Below are positions 9,625 to 19,427 of a stretch of 64,000 nucleotides of DNA, piece after piece. Origin of the DNA: an uncultured Gammaproteobacteria bacterium (GTDB lineage: Bacteria; Patescibacteriota; Microgenomatia; Levybacterales; GWA1-39-11); the NCBI GenBank assembly GCA_964531275.1, contig CAZHDZ010000004.1, positions 73,887-137,886 of the forward strand. Reading direction: 5' to 3'. The position numbers and the translations under genes were made by a program. The notes beneath the pieces are model-generated. The model was not told where the DNA came from. It did no database searches and was given only the letters and a program-made list of their open reading frames with translations. The stretch's first letter is position 1; each line of letters begins with the position of its first letter.

Positions 9625-11481
9625 TTAACTCACTTTTACATAAAGACGTCTTACCCCACGGGCAACGCCTTCTTCCTTAAGTATATCAAATGACTGGATA
9701 AGATCTGTATGCTCAACATGAGGACCTCCACAGAACTCTATGGAATAAGCTTTCTCTTTTTCTGAGTGTGGGTTTGGCCCGCCAATAAAGTATATTTTTA
9801 CGTCTTTTGCATATTTGTCATCAAATAACCCGATTGCTCCTAGGTCTCGAGCCTTCTGAAGAGGCATAATCTCAAAATGCACAGAAAGATCTTCTGCTAT
9901 TTTCTTATCTACAATTTCCTTAACTTTTTGCAATTCTTCTGGGGTTACTTTTTTATCATATGTAAAATCGAATCGCACTCTTTCTGACGTGATATTACTT
10001 CCCGTCTGATGCACTGAGTCCCCCAGAATGTCACGAAGGGCCTGATGCATGAGATGTGTCGCTGTATGCCCTTTAACAGTTAATTCTGAATGGTCTGCAA
10101 GACCACCAGCAAATTTTTGCGATGAACCAGCTCGAGAATTTTCCTGATGCTTTTTAATAAGCTCTGAAAGCTCTTTATCATCAAATGTATACCCAAGGCT
10201 TTTAAGCTGAGTTGGACCAAGACCATAGCTTGCCATAGATTTAAATGCTAAATCTGCAGAAATTAATGTAACTCCCATTAATTCATCTCCAACAGTTACT
10301 TCTTCGGTAATTCTTGATAACTCTTTTTCTATAAGCTTTTTTCCGCCAGCGAGTGCTTTTTGATATGTCTGCTCCTCTTCAAGAATTATATTTTTAATCT
10401 CGATGAACTGGTCTTTAAGAATCGGATCAGTAGGAGCATATTGCTCTACAATTTTTTCCAAGACCGACGAAATGTCTTTTCCAGAAAGTAGGTAGAAATT
10501 ATCTAGTCCTCTTCTTATTAAGCGGCGCAGAATATACCCTTGTTCTTTGTTTGAAGGTTTTACTCCATTCGATGCAATAAAAATGGAAGCAGTCATATGA
10601 TCCAAAACAATTCTCATTTCACGAAATTCCTTCGCATAATCTTTACCTGTAATCTCTGCTATTTTTTCAATAATTGGATAGAAAAGACTTGATCTAAATA
10701 CATCTTGCTTGTTCTCGGTAGCAGCAACGAGTCGCTCAAGACCTCCACCAAAATCTACATTTTGTTTTGGTAGATCTTCAAATCCATTTTCGGTCTTGAT
10801 GTATTGCATAAATACCGAATTGCCAATTTCCAAATATCTTCCGCAATCACAATTTACATGACAATGTAAATTCTTAAATGGGCTATTCTCATGAAGTCCT
10901 AATTCCTCCCCAAAGTCATAAAACATTTCGCTATCAGGTCCACCTGGCTCTCCATTTGGCATCTTATCTGGAGTTCCTGCACGAGACCACCAATTCTTCT
11001 CAACACCATATTCAAAGATTTTATCTTTTGGGTCTAGGCCTTTTTTTGTAAAAAGTTCTTTCCAAATTTCAATACTCTCGGTGTCTTTTTCAACTGTATC
11101 CGATCCCTCAAAAACAGTGACAAATAATTTCTTTGGATCAAGATTTAATTCTTCTGTTAAGAATTCAAAAAACCAAGGAAGTTGTTCTTTCTTAAAATAA
11201 TCTCCAAGAGACCAATTTCCAAGCATTCTAAAAAATGTTGTATGTCTGTTATCTCCTATTTCATCGATATCTTGAGCGCGAAAACTATTTTGAGCATTTA
11301 CTAATCTTTTTCCAGAAGGATGCTCTTCGCCGAGAAGAAATGGTACAAGCGGTTGCATTCCTGATGATGTAAAAAGAGTTGTCGGGTCATTCTGTGGCAC
11401 GAGTGAAGAATTCTCAATGCGTGCGTGTCCACGCTTTTCAAAAAATGAAATGTATTTATTAAGAATTTCTGAAGCTGTCAT
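9625..11481 (-). CDS. alaS: alanine--tRNA ligase (short form)
   Basis: DPTTLFTSSGMQP, RHTTFFRMLGNWS, VDFGGGLERL, and editing motifs HTATH and CGGPH. Confidence 0.97.
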   Translation of the reverse strand: MTASEILNKYISFFEKRGHARIENSSLVPQNDPTTLFTSSGMQPLVPFLLGEEHPSGKRLVNAQNSFRAQDIDEIGDNRHTTFFRMLGNWSLGDYFKKEQLPWFFEFLTEELNLDPKKLFVTVFEGSDTVEKDTESIEIWKELFTKKGLDPKDKIFEYGVEKNWWSRAGTPDKMPNGEPGGPDSEMFYDFGEELGLHENSPFKNLHCHVNCDCGRYLEIGNSVFMQYIKTENGFEDLPKQNVDFGGGLERLVAATENKQDVFRSSLFYPIIEKIAEITGKDYAKEFREMRIVLDHMTASIFIASNGVKPSNKEQGYILRRLIRRGLDNFYLLSGKDISSVLEKIVEQYAPTDPILKDQFIEIKNIILEEEQTYQKALAGGKKLIEKELSRITEEVTVGDELMGVTLISADLAFKSMASYGLGPTQLKSLGYTFDDKELSELIKKHQENSRAGSSQKFAGGLADHSELTVKGHTATHLMHQALRDILGDSVHQTGSNITSERVRFDFTYDKKVTPEELQKVKEIVDKKIAEDLSVHFEIMPLQKARDLGAIGLFDDKYAKDVKIYFIGGPNPHSEKEKAYSIEFCGGPHVEHTDLIQSFDILKEEGVARGVRRLYVKVS

Positions 11482-11525
11482 GTAGTAGGTATTGTAGCAG
11501 AATGAGGTAAAAAACTCGAGAAGGT

Positions 11526-12137
11526 CTACTGATGTTCTGGAATGACTCCCGCATCCCCACCAAATCCATATTGCTGAATAATACCCGTTAGCTCACTTAC
11601 GCTTGGCAATGTGTTCGCGACATTATAGTAATCTGCGGGAGACAGGGTTGTACATTTATTTTGCTGTGCGCCTTCAGCAGCACGCCAAAGTAGTCCGCAA
11701 ATTTGGGGATCAACATTCAAGAAGGGATCTATCCCTTCGCCTTGTGGAATAGATCGGCTTTTGAGCTCAGCCCTGCCCGCCTCAATATCTACAGTTAGAC
11801 CAAGCCCTCTTGCCCTCACCTCATCAAGAGCCTCTTTTACTTCTGGGCTTTCATAGGCCGCAAGCATAACGTGCTCTGGCAACAATACTGCGTGTCCAAG
11901 AGCTGCCGCTTCGTCTTCAGCCTTAATGAGAGTTCTTATCATCTCATCTGAAAATGTTGGCATGTCAACTTGAGCGAGCCTTTCGTTGAGAAGAGTAAAG
12001 ATTACATGTGGTTGTCTTTCTGCACTTTCCTCAAACTCAGCTCCATTTGCAGTAATTGTTGGAGGTCCACCAGCACCCTCCATTCGGGTTTCGGTTTGAT
12101 AAATATGTGGTTGTCTTTCTAGTAACGCTGCGCTCAT
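11526..12137 (-). CDS. stand-alone Clp N-terminal-domain-like protein
   Basis: AEDEAAALGHAVLLPEHVMLA resembles the Clp_N repeat; no AAA module. Confidence 0.55.
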   Translation of the reverse strand: MSAALLERQPHIYQTETRMEGAGGPPTITANGAEFEESAERQPHVIFTLLNERLAQVDMPTFSDEMIRTLIKAEDEAAALGHAVLLPEHVMLAAYESPEVKEALDEVRARGLGLTVDIEAGRAELKSRSIPQGEGIDPFLNVDPQICGLLWRAAEGAQQNKCTTLSPADYYNVANTLPSVSELTGIIQQYGFGGDAGVIPEHQ

Positions 12138-12167
12138 ACAGACATACTATTATACACGGTAAAATTA

Positions 12168-12647
12168 CTACCGTAACTCTTTTAATCGTTCGTCAAGATT
12201 TCTTGAGCTATTATTCTCAAACGCTATATGAGACACACTAACTTCCTCCCACTTTTTCATATAATCATCCAGTAAATTTTCACCAAAAAAATGATTTTTT
12301 CTTTGTGAAATTCTTTTTTTGTGAACAATTGATGGTGCAGTCACTAAAATGAGCTTGATCTGGCCAGAAAAAGCACTTAGAACATATTCTCGAGATGTAT
12401 TATCTGGAAGACTATCCCCTAGAGCAATGTTGTCGTGATGCTTTTGAAGCTTTTTTATATGATCTATAATTCGCTCAAGCTTTAATAGCCTATCCTGCCT
12501 CGTGAACTTTTTATTCAATAATTTCTCTCTATCTTCATCTGTTAAAAAATCGTCGGCATCAAGATAAGAAAATTTTTCAATTACAGCTAACCTCTTCGCG
12601 CAATAATCTTTCCCAATTCCAGGAAATCCAAAAAACCAATAAATCAT
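12168..12647 (-). CDS. P-loop kinase, gluconokinase/shikimate-kinase-like
   Basis: GFPGIGKD Walker A, DADDF motif, RxxxRxxHF lid. Confidence 0.75.
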   Translation of the reverse strand: MIYWFFGFPGIGKDYCAKRLAVIEKFSYLDADDFLTDEDREKLLNKKFTRQDRLLKLERIIDHIKKLQKHHDNIALGDSLPDNTSREYVLSAFSGQIKLILVTAPSIVHKKRISQRKNHFFGENLLDDYMKKWEEVSVSHIAFENNSSRNLDERLKELR

Positions 12648-12690
12648 ACTCCAACATTATAATATGCCTTACCTATGGTACAATCCGCCT

Positions 12691-13119
12691 ATGAATTTCG
12701 AGCGTTTTAGAACTTCAAAATCAAACATGCTAAGAAACTCTGCATATAGCATTGGCATTGCGGGAAGCATCTGCTTAGGTGGTGGATTAGTTGGTGCAAT
12801 AAATTCTCGTAGTGAAATGAGGGATGGTCTCTCTCAATTTGAAAGTGCACACCTCGTAAGTGACCAAACCCCATACCCTGCAACAGATTTGGATAGAAAA
12901 ATGTACAAAAAGTTAACATTTGATCCTTATGTCGGTGAAAGTGGACTTACGAGCCTTACCCCTAATCAGCATGAATTTTTAACTGATGCTTATGAGAGCA
13001 AGCTTGACTACGATGTATTTATTAACCTAATGGGAGCTGGCGCAGTATTAATACTACCGGGATTGGTATGTATTGCAAATGAACTTAATTCTTGTGCAGC
13101 GCAAAAAAATATTAGATAA
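12691..13119 (+). CDS. hypothetical membrane protein
   Basis: Two hydrophobic segments; start moved to 12691 because TGGTACAAT lies 6 nt upstream. Confidence 0.65.
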   Translation: MNFERFRTSKSNMLRNSAYSIGIAGSICLGGGLVGAINSRSEMRDGLSQFESAHLVSDQTPYPATDLDRKMYKKLTFDPYVGESGLTSLTPNQHEFLTDAYESKLDYDVFINLMGAGAVLILPGLVCIANELNSCAAQKNIR

Positions 13120-13735
13120 ATTCTTTAAGTGGGCAATCAACGTGTTTGCATGATGCTTTACAATACACCCTTCCGTAATAGATCATGCCAAGTCCAAATT
13201 CACGCCAATCTTTTTGAGGGATAATTGCCATCAAATCTTTCTCAATTTTTACTGGATCCTTCTGAGAAGAAAGTCCAAATAAATTTGACAGCCTTCTGAC
13301 ATGAGTATCAACAACAACTCCCTCTGATTTTCCAAATGCTTCCTGCAAAATTACATTGGCTGTTTTACGTCCTATAAATGGTAAGGCAATTAGCTCCTCC
13401 ATGGTCTGTGGCATATTGCCGTTATATTTTTCAGTCACTATTTTTGCTGCTTCAAGAATTGCTTTTGCTTTTCCTTTATGGAAATTTATACTTTTAATAT
13501 CCTGATCAAATGCTTCAAAAGTTGCCTTGTAATAATCATCTAATTTTTTATATTTCTTAAAAAGGGTCTCAGTTACCTTATTTACCCCAACATCTGTCTG
13601 CTGGGCTGACAACGCTACTGCTACATATAATTCCCAAGGATTTGAGTGCACAAGGGGAGTCTTTGGATCTGGAAAAAGTTTCTTAAGCTCTTCAGTAATT
13701 TTGATAGCCTTTGTTTTTGTATCCATATCAACCAA
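13112..13735 (-). CDS. nth: endonuclease III
   Basis: LSAQQTD, HhH LPFIGRKTANV, VDTHVRR; C-terminal Cys motif degenerate. Confidence 0.93.
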   Translation of the reverse strand: MVDMDTKTKAIKITEELKKLFPDPKTPLVHSNPWELYVAVALSAQQTDVGVNKVTETLFKKYKKLDDYYKATFEAFDQDIKSINFHKGKAKAILEAAKIVTEKYNGNMPQTMEELIALPFIGRKTANVILQEAFGKSEGVVVDTHVRRLSNLFGLSSQKDPVKIEKDLMAIIPQKDWREFGLGMIYYGRVYCKASCKHVDCPLKEFI

Positions 13736-14681
13736 TTATACCTGCAAGAACGGAGGCTAACTTTTCAGAATCATGTCTTAAAAATTGTCCGTCTCGTAAA
13801 AGGTCGGCTCTCACAATATTTTCATTTTTCAAATTATCTTCAACGAATTCCACTTGCTCTTCTTCATATCTTTTCACAATATCCCCCGTTGGACGATTAG
13901 TATTTACAGTTACAATATCGATCCTTCCTTTTCCAATATACTCTTCCATTCTTCCTACAAAATCCTGAGCTTTAAAGCCGTTGGTCTCTCCAAATTTAGT
14001 CATGATATTTACGTTATATATAACCTTTGCTTTCGACTTTCCAATTGCATCAGACACCCCCTCAACTACAAGATTCGGCAAAATACTAGTAAATACATCT
14101 CCTGGACCTAAAATAATTACATCAGCCTTTTCTATAGCCAATATTGCTTCAGGGTTTGCGGTAGCTGTAGGCTCAAGATGCACTTCTTTTATCTGTAGTT
14201 TTCCATCGTGTTTTGGAATGTCGATGTTTGTTTCACCCTCAATCGCTTTCCCATTCGTAAGTGTTGCGATAAGCCTAGTCCTTGTAAAAGTGACAGGCAA
14301 AACTTGACCCTTGATATTGAGTATTTCTCCCGCTTCTTTTACCCCCTTACCAAAGTCCCCAGTTATTTTTTCAAGTGCGGTTAGCAGAAGGTTACCAAGA
14401 CTATGCCCCTTAAGAGATGATTCTTCATCAAAGCGGAAATTGAAGAGTTCTGATAATATTTTTCTGTTGGAATCTGAAAGGGCAATTAATGCACGACGTA
14501 TATCTCCTGGAGGTAACGTCCCAAATTCCTCTCGAAGTACTCCGGTTGATCCACCATCGTCAGACATGCTAACTATTGCAGAAAGGTCGTATGGATACTC
14601 ACGCAGACCCGATAGGACAGTGTATCCTCCCGTTCCGCCGCCAATGAATACTACGCGCTTCATATTTTTCTTTGGAATCAT
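13728..14681 (-). CDS. yvcK: YvcK/GlmR family gluconeogenesis factor
   Basis: IGGGTG, DDGGSTG, PPGDIR, GHSLGNL, GPGD and RHD motifs. Confidence 0.92.
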   Translation of the reverse strand: MIPKKNMKRVVFIGGGTGGYTVLSGLREYPYDLSAIVSMSDDGGSTGVLREEFGTLPPGDIRRALIALSDSNRKILSELFNFRFDEESSLKGHSLGNLLLTALEKITGDFGKGVKEAGEILNIKGQVLPVTFTRTRLIATLTNGKAIEGETNIDIPKHDGKLQIKEVHLEPTATANPEAILAIEKADVIILGPGDVFTSILPNLVVEGVSDAIGKSKAKVIYNVNIMTKFGETNGFKAQDFVGRMEEYIGKGRIDIVTVNTNRPTGDIVKRYEEEQVEFVEDNLKNENIVRADLLRDGQFLRHDSEKLASVLAGIIG

Positions 14682-15349
14682 TTACTTAAGAGCTTGGTGT
14701 AGCCACCTTTATATTTGGGGTGTTCTTTCTTGTAATCGTCTCCATGTCCAATATCTTCAACAATCGGAATGTTCCGACTGCAAAGTCCTGTCTTTGCACA
14801 ATCTTCTGGGAACCATGTCTCATAAAAAATGTCAGCAAGTTTTACGAATTTTTTAACCCCCATTGCCTCAGCGCTGACACCTTTATTTGCAGCAACTGCT
14901 CCAACTCCTACAATTTTTCCACCCGCATTATTTACCGTCTCAATCGTTGCTTTGATTGAGGACATTTGGTTGATAATGTCTTCAAGAATTAATACTCTTT
15001 TACCTTTTACAGCCTCAGCAAACCCTTGTCTTTCAAATGCGAATGTCTTTACCTGAGCTCCCTTTACCTTATCTGCCCACACACCCAAAACTTCCTTTTT
15101 TGTTAACTTAGAAAGATGATATGCACCCCAATGTGAAAATGGAATTGCACCGACTGCAGGAGAGACAATTGTTTCAATTTTGTCATCTTTAAATGGTGTA
15201 ACTAGTTGCTTTATTAACTTATTTACTAACAGAACATGAACCATGAGAGGATCAATATTGCAGTAACCAGCAAGATGCTTTCCGCTTGTACCTACAAAAT
15301 GTCCTTCATAGATACATCCAATTTTTTCTAATTCTTTTTTGGCGTTCAT
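14678..15349 (-). CDS. pyrE: orotate phosphoribosyltransferase
   Basis: GHF..SGKH; PRPP-binding VLILEDII; directly downstream of pyrF. Confidence 0.85.
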   Translation of the reverse strand: MNAKKELEKIGCIYEGHFVGTSGKHLAGYCNIDPLMVHVLLVNKLIKQLVTPFKDDKIETIVSPAVGAIPFSHWGAYHLSKLTKKEVLGVWADKVKGAQVKTFAFERQGFAEAVKGKRVLILEDIINQMSSIKATIETVNNAGGKIVGVGAVAANKGVSAEAMGVKKFVKLADIFYETWFPEDCAKTGLCSRNIPIVEDIGHGDDYKKEHPKYKGGYTKLLSK

Positions 15350-15363
15350 TAGAACAGATTATA

Positions 15364-16170
15364 TCACTTAGCAAGACCCGCGTTAATTTGGTCGCGAAGG
15401 TTCTCAGTTTCGGCACGCGCTACACGGGCAAAATCGGGTCCATTTGATGCAAAAATAATACCCCGTGAAGAACTTATTATGAAATTTTTCTTAACTGCCT
15501 TCACCGTCTCTATGACATCTCCTCCCTGCGCTCCAACTCCGGGAATAAGTATTGGAATTTTGCTAGAAATATCTCTTACCTTCTTAAGCTCTCGAGGATA
15601 CGTTGCGCCAACAACTAGTCCAACGTTATCTTTCATATTCCAATGATTAGCTACTTGGAATGCTACTTTTTCGTAAAGTAACGTGTTGCTTGTTTCTAGG
15701 TCTTGAAATTCCCCAGCTCCTGGATTTGAAGTTCTACAAAGAACAAAAACCCCCTTGTCTGCATCATTTATGAATGGGTCTAGAGCTTCTTGTCCCAAAT
15801 AGGGATGAACTGTAATTGAATCTGTTTGCAAGTACTCAAATGCAAACTTCTTATACCCTTCATTTGTATTGCCAATATCAGCTCGTTTTGCATCAAAAAT
15901 AATCACAATATCAGGGTAATTTTTAACTATATAGGAGGTAGTCAAATGAAGCTGCTCTACACCCGAAGCTCCTTCTGCTTCATAAAATGCTGAGTTAGGC
16001 TTATAGGCAGCCACTAAATCGTGTGTGGCATCAATTATTGCCTTATTGAATTCAAAAATTTTATTTCTAGAAGGCACCGCGCTTGGTATTTTTTCAACAA
16101 CAGGATCAAGCCCAATACATACGAATTTTCCTTCACTCCACTTGTTCTTTAGTTTGTCGATAAATTTCAT
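15364..16170 (-). CDS. pyrF: orotidine-5'-phosphate decarboxylase (type 2)
   Basis: CIGLDP, KPNSAFYE, DAKRADIGNT, LIPGVGAQGG, SSSR. Confidence 0.97.
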   Translation of the reverse strand: MKFIDKLKNKWSEGKFVCIGLDPVVEKIPSAVPSRNKIFEFNKAIIDATHDLVAAYKPNSAFYEAEGASGVEQLHLTTSYIVKNYPDIVIIFDAKRADIGNTNEGYKKFAFEYLQTDSITVHPYLGQEALDPFINDADKGVFVLCRTSNPGAGEFQDLETSNTLLYEKVAFQVANHWNMKDNVGLVVGATYPRELKKVRDISSKIPILIPGVGAQGGDVIETVKAVKKNFIISSSRGIIFASNGPDFARVARAETENLRDQINAGLAK

Positions 16171-16174
16171 ATAA

Positions 16175-16200
16175 ATACAAAAAAAACTGCCAGGGGCAGC
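16175..16200 (-). terminator. hairpin + U8 immediately before pyrF
   Basis: Minus strand GCTGCCCCTGGCAGTTTTTTTTGT. Confidence 0.6.
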
Positions 16201-16226
16201 TTTAACATATATATACCATATCTTTA

Positions 16227-16520
16227 TTAGCTTTTCCTAATTCCTTTAAACAGTCTTTTCCTTCGAGATAAAGCTTCTTCAGATGACTGTTTCGTTGGTC
16301 CCTTGGCTGCATCCATTTCACCGCTCATCACTTCTTCTTCCTCATCATTAAGAATTGTTTCTATATCATCAAGATTAATTGTGTTACCCACATAATCAAG
16401 GCCATAATCAGCAATATCTTTTAGAATTTTACGCCCCTTTTTGGTACTGATCAGTGCGCCGATTGCACCCCCGATTATAAGTCCTAACAATAATCCACTT
16501 GGTCCTTTTTTCTCATTCAT
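16227..16520 (-). CDS. YtxH-like membrane-anchored protein
   Basis: LLGLIIGGAIGAL...KGRK YtxH-like N-terminus. Confidence 0.65.
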   Translation of the reverse strand: MNEKKGPSGLLLGLIIGGAIGALISTKKGRKILKDIADYGLDYVGNTINLDDIETILNDEEEEVMSGEMDAAKGPTKQSSEEALSRRKRLFKGIRKS

Positions 16521-16522
16521 AG

Positions 16523-16786
16523 TTATTCCTTTCTTCTCCTAAAAAGTGACACGATACTCGCCAAGGACCCAATAGCCGATGCTCCACCAAACATATTGGA
16601 GAAAGACTCAATCTGACTTGTAACATTTGTTGAGATGTTCTCAGCATTTTCAAGAATATTATTCGTACGACGAATTGTCTGGCGAAGATCCTTGAGGATA
16701 TAGAAGACCTGAATTCCCAATACTACAAAGAGAATCGTTAAAAGAACGATAACAAAAAGTAGTACAGCTTGGACAGTATCTATCAT
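16523..16786 (-). CDS. DUF948/YoxC-like small membrane protein
   Basis: TM followed by coiled coil; typical neighbour of YtxH-like genes. Confidence 0.65.
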   Translation of the reverse strand: MIDTVQAVLLFVIVLLTILFVVLGIQVFYILKDLRQTIRRTNNILENAENISTNVTSQIESFSNMFGGASAIGSLASIVSLFRRRKE

Positions 16787-16891
16787 AATTAGCAGTCTAA
16801 CACGTTATCATGTGAAAATTTCAAAATCAATATACACCAACTAGTTCAAATCAGTACAAATATAGGTCACTTTCTTGATATACTGAATGTT

Positions 16892-17797
16892 ATGCATCCA
16901 CTAGTTGTTGAAAATTTAACAAAAACATATGGCGACTTTAAGGCCGTTGATTCTATCTCTTTTAACCTCGCGGAGGGTGAAATCTTGGGTTTTTTAGGTC
17001 CAAATGGAGCTGGCAAAACAACGACTCTTCAAATGCTTATTGGATCACTAAAACCAACTGATGGAAATATTCTGTATTTTGGTAAATCTCTTTTTACTAA
17101 TCGTGAAGAAATCCTTGAGCGCATTAATTATTCTACTGCATACACAAGTCTTCCTTGGAATTTATCAGTTGAAGAAAATCTAACGTTTATTTCCCATCTG
17201 TATTCAATTAAAAATAGAAAGAAACAGCTTGAAAAGATCGTTGAGACATTTAAGCTTTCAACTCTAATGAAAAGAAGAGTGGAAGGTCTGTCGGCCGGTC
17301 AAAAAACTCGAGTAAATCTTGCTAAAGCCTTTATAAATTCACCCAAAGTACTCCTTTTAGACGAACCTACAGCATCTCTTGATCCAGATATAGCAAAATA
17401 TATTAGAGATTTTATTTTAGATCAAAGGAAGGAAGACAAAGTTTCTGTGATTTTTACCTCACACAACATGAATGAGGTTGAAGAAATATGTGACAGGGTT
17501 ATTTTTATCAATGGAGGAAAGATAATCGCAAATGACACACCTATGCAGTTGGCCAAAAAAATTGATGCCGTCGAGATAGAATTATTACCTCAGGACTTAG
17601 TAGCTACTTCTGAATTTTGCAAAAAAAATAACATTTCTTTTACTAACGAAAAGAGACATATAAAAATTGCGACAATAGAAAAAAATATCGTCAAAATTCT
17701 TCGCATGCTTTCTGAAAATAATATCGAATATGATGAAATTAGCATAAACAAACCTACTCTTGAAGACTATTTTTTAAAAGTATCACTTAATAAATAA
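16892..17797 (+). CDS. ABC-2 type transporter ATP-binding protein
   Basis: GPNGAGKT, LSAGQ, LLLDEPT, SH. Confidence 0.95.
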   Translation: MHPLVVENLTKTYGDFKAVDSISFNLAEGEILGFLGPNGAGKTTTLQMLIGSLKPTDGNILYFGKSLFTNREEILERINYSTAYTSLPWNLSVEENLTFISHLYSIKNRKKQLEKIVETFKLSTLMKRRVEGLSAGQKTRVNLAKAFINSPKVLLLDEPTASLDPDIAKYIRDFILDQRKEDKVSVIFTSHNMNEVEEICDRVIFINGGKIIANDTPMQLAKKIDAVEIELLPQDLVATSEFCKKNNISFTNEKRHIKIATIEKNIVKILRMLSENNIEYDEISINKPTLEDYFLKVSLNK

Positions 17798-17798
17798 T

Positions 17799-18584
17799 AT
17801 GAAGCTATCTCGAATTTTTGGAATGGTATTAAGACACTTCTTTAACTTAAGAAGAAGTTTTGATCGTCTCAGTGACGTGTTTTATTGGCCCGTGTTAGAT
17901 ATTGTTATCTGGGGACTAACCGGATACTATATTGTTTCCCTTGCTCCCAACTCCTCTGTGCAAATCAATGCAATTATTTGCGGGGTCCTTTTATGGATCA
18001 TCCCTTGGAGAGCACAAAATGAAGTGGCAATAAATGTACTTGCGGAGTTATGGGATAGAAATCTACCTAACATTTTCGTAACCCCTCTTAAATTCTCCGA
18101 GTGGATCTCTGCTCTTTTTATTATGGGTGTTATTAAGGGGGCAATTAGTCTTGCATTTGCCTCACTTGTCGCATTTGTTATGTATGGAGTCAATATTTTT
18201 ATTTATGGTCCATATTTACTACTATTTGCTATCGTGTTATTTGGTTTTGGGTGTACAATCGGGCTTCTAGTAAGCTCAGTTGTTCTGAGATTTGGATCCA
18301 GAATCCAGACTCTCGCGTGGACTGTTCCATGGGCTGTTGCGCCATTTTCAGCAATTTATTTCCCAGTTTCGATTCTTCCTCAATGGGGACAATCTATAGC
18401 GCATGTCCTGCCCTCCAGCTACATATATGAAACAGGCAGACAACTTATTTTTGAAAAAACATTTAACTGGGGTGCGTACGGTATGAGCCTTGCTTTATGC
18501 ACAATATATTTTGTAATATCGCTTATTATCTTTCATTGGAGTTATAAAAAAGCGCTTGAGAAAGGCCTACAAAGTATTAACTAG
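17799..18584 (+). CDS. ABC-2 type transporter permease
   Basis: About six TMs; P..ILP.W...IA..LP motif; follows the ATPase. Confidence 0.92.
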   Translation: MKLSRIFGMVLRHFFNLRRSFDRLSDVFYWPVLDIVIWGLTGYYIVSLAPNSSVQINAIICGVLLWIIPWRAQNEVAINVLAELWDRNLPNIFVTPLKFSEWISALFIMGVIKGAISLAFASLVAFVMYGVNIFIYGPYLLLFAIVLFGFGCTIGLLVSSVVLRFGSRIQTLAWTVPWAVAPFSAIYFPVSILPQWGQSIAHVLPSSYIYETGRQLIFEKTFNWGAYGMSLALCTIYFVISLIIFHWSYKKALEKGLQSIN

Positions 18585-18785
18585 TCCCGATGCTTCAATA
18601 GTTCTTCTTGCGTTCTTTCGCTTCCCGTTTTTGAATCGATTACGATATAAAAAAGCGCTTGAGAAAGGCCTACAAAGTATTAACTAGTCCCGATGCTTCA
18701 ATAGTTCTTCTTGCGTTCTTTCGCTTCCCGTTTTTGAATCGATTACGATATAAAAAAGCGCTTGAGAAAGGCCTACAAAGTATTA
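18543..18785. repeat. exact 103-bp tandem repeat, ~2.4 copies
   Basis: TATAAAAAAGCGCTTGAGAAAGGCC... starts at 18543, 18646 and 18749. Confidence 0.95.
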
Positions 18786-18786
18786 G

Positions 18787-19413
18787 TTAACGGACAGTAA
18801 CATTCAGAATCTTTCGTGTGTTTTTTCCATTTCTATTTTTTGAATCGATTACTATTTGTCTTTGTCCCTCAAATAAATAGAGTGTTTTTTTAAATGTACC
18901 ATCAAGCGAGACATAAGATTCTTGATTGTTAATAAGAACCGTTGCGTATGGATCGGTTTTGCCGCTTACATCAACAATATTATTTCTCACAACTATTTTG
19001 TCTTTAGGAGAAATTACTTCAAGTCTTGGACCTAAGAAGAACGAACTGTATTGCAAGCCAATATAACCAAATATAACAAGCACTACAAGACCAATAATAA
19101 TATTTCGTGGGGTAAGAATAACAATACGTTTTACACTTTTCTCCTGACTCTTGAATGTCGGAAGCATCTTATTCTTGCTACCCTCATATTCACGTCTAAA
19201 AAGTGCTGCCGCCTTCACTTTGTCTATACCTAAAAGAGACGCATAATTTTTAACAAATCCTAAAGCATAACTTTCAGAAGGAAGCTTTTCATATTCACCA
19301 TTTTCGATAGCAATAATAAATAGTTTTTTTATTTTTGTTGCCCTAACAACTTGATCAACAGAATATCCTTTCTCAATACGAGTATCGGAAAGTATCTCAG
19401 AAATTTTTCTCAT
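18787..19413 (-). CDS. RodZ-like HTH-TM-Ig protein
   Basis: N-terminal HTH (TKIK..FI.AIENGEY..LP...Y..GFVKNYA), TM, beta-sandwich C-terminus; downstream of ftsK. Confidence 0.85.
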   Translation of the reverse strand: MRKISEILSDTRIEKGYSVDQVVRATKIKKLFIIAIENGEYEKLPSESYALGFVKNYASLLGIDKVKAAALFRREYEGSKNKMLPTFKSQEKSVKRIVILTPRNIIIGLVVLVIFGYIGLQYSSFFLGPRLEVISPKDKIVVRNNIVDVSGKTDPYATVLINNQESYVSLDGTFKKTLYLFEGQRQIVIDSKNRNGKNTRKILNVTVR

Positions 19414-19427
19414 AAATATAATGCGTT

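Noticed and set aside
18543-18785. CRISPR-like repeat-spacer (37-bp repeat x3)
   Set aside because: The 'spacers' are identical and the 'repeat' is the permease 3' end, so this is a tandem duplication.
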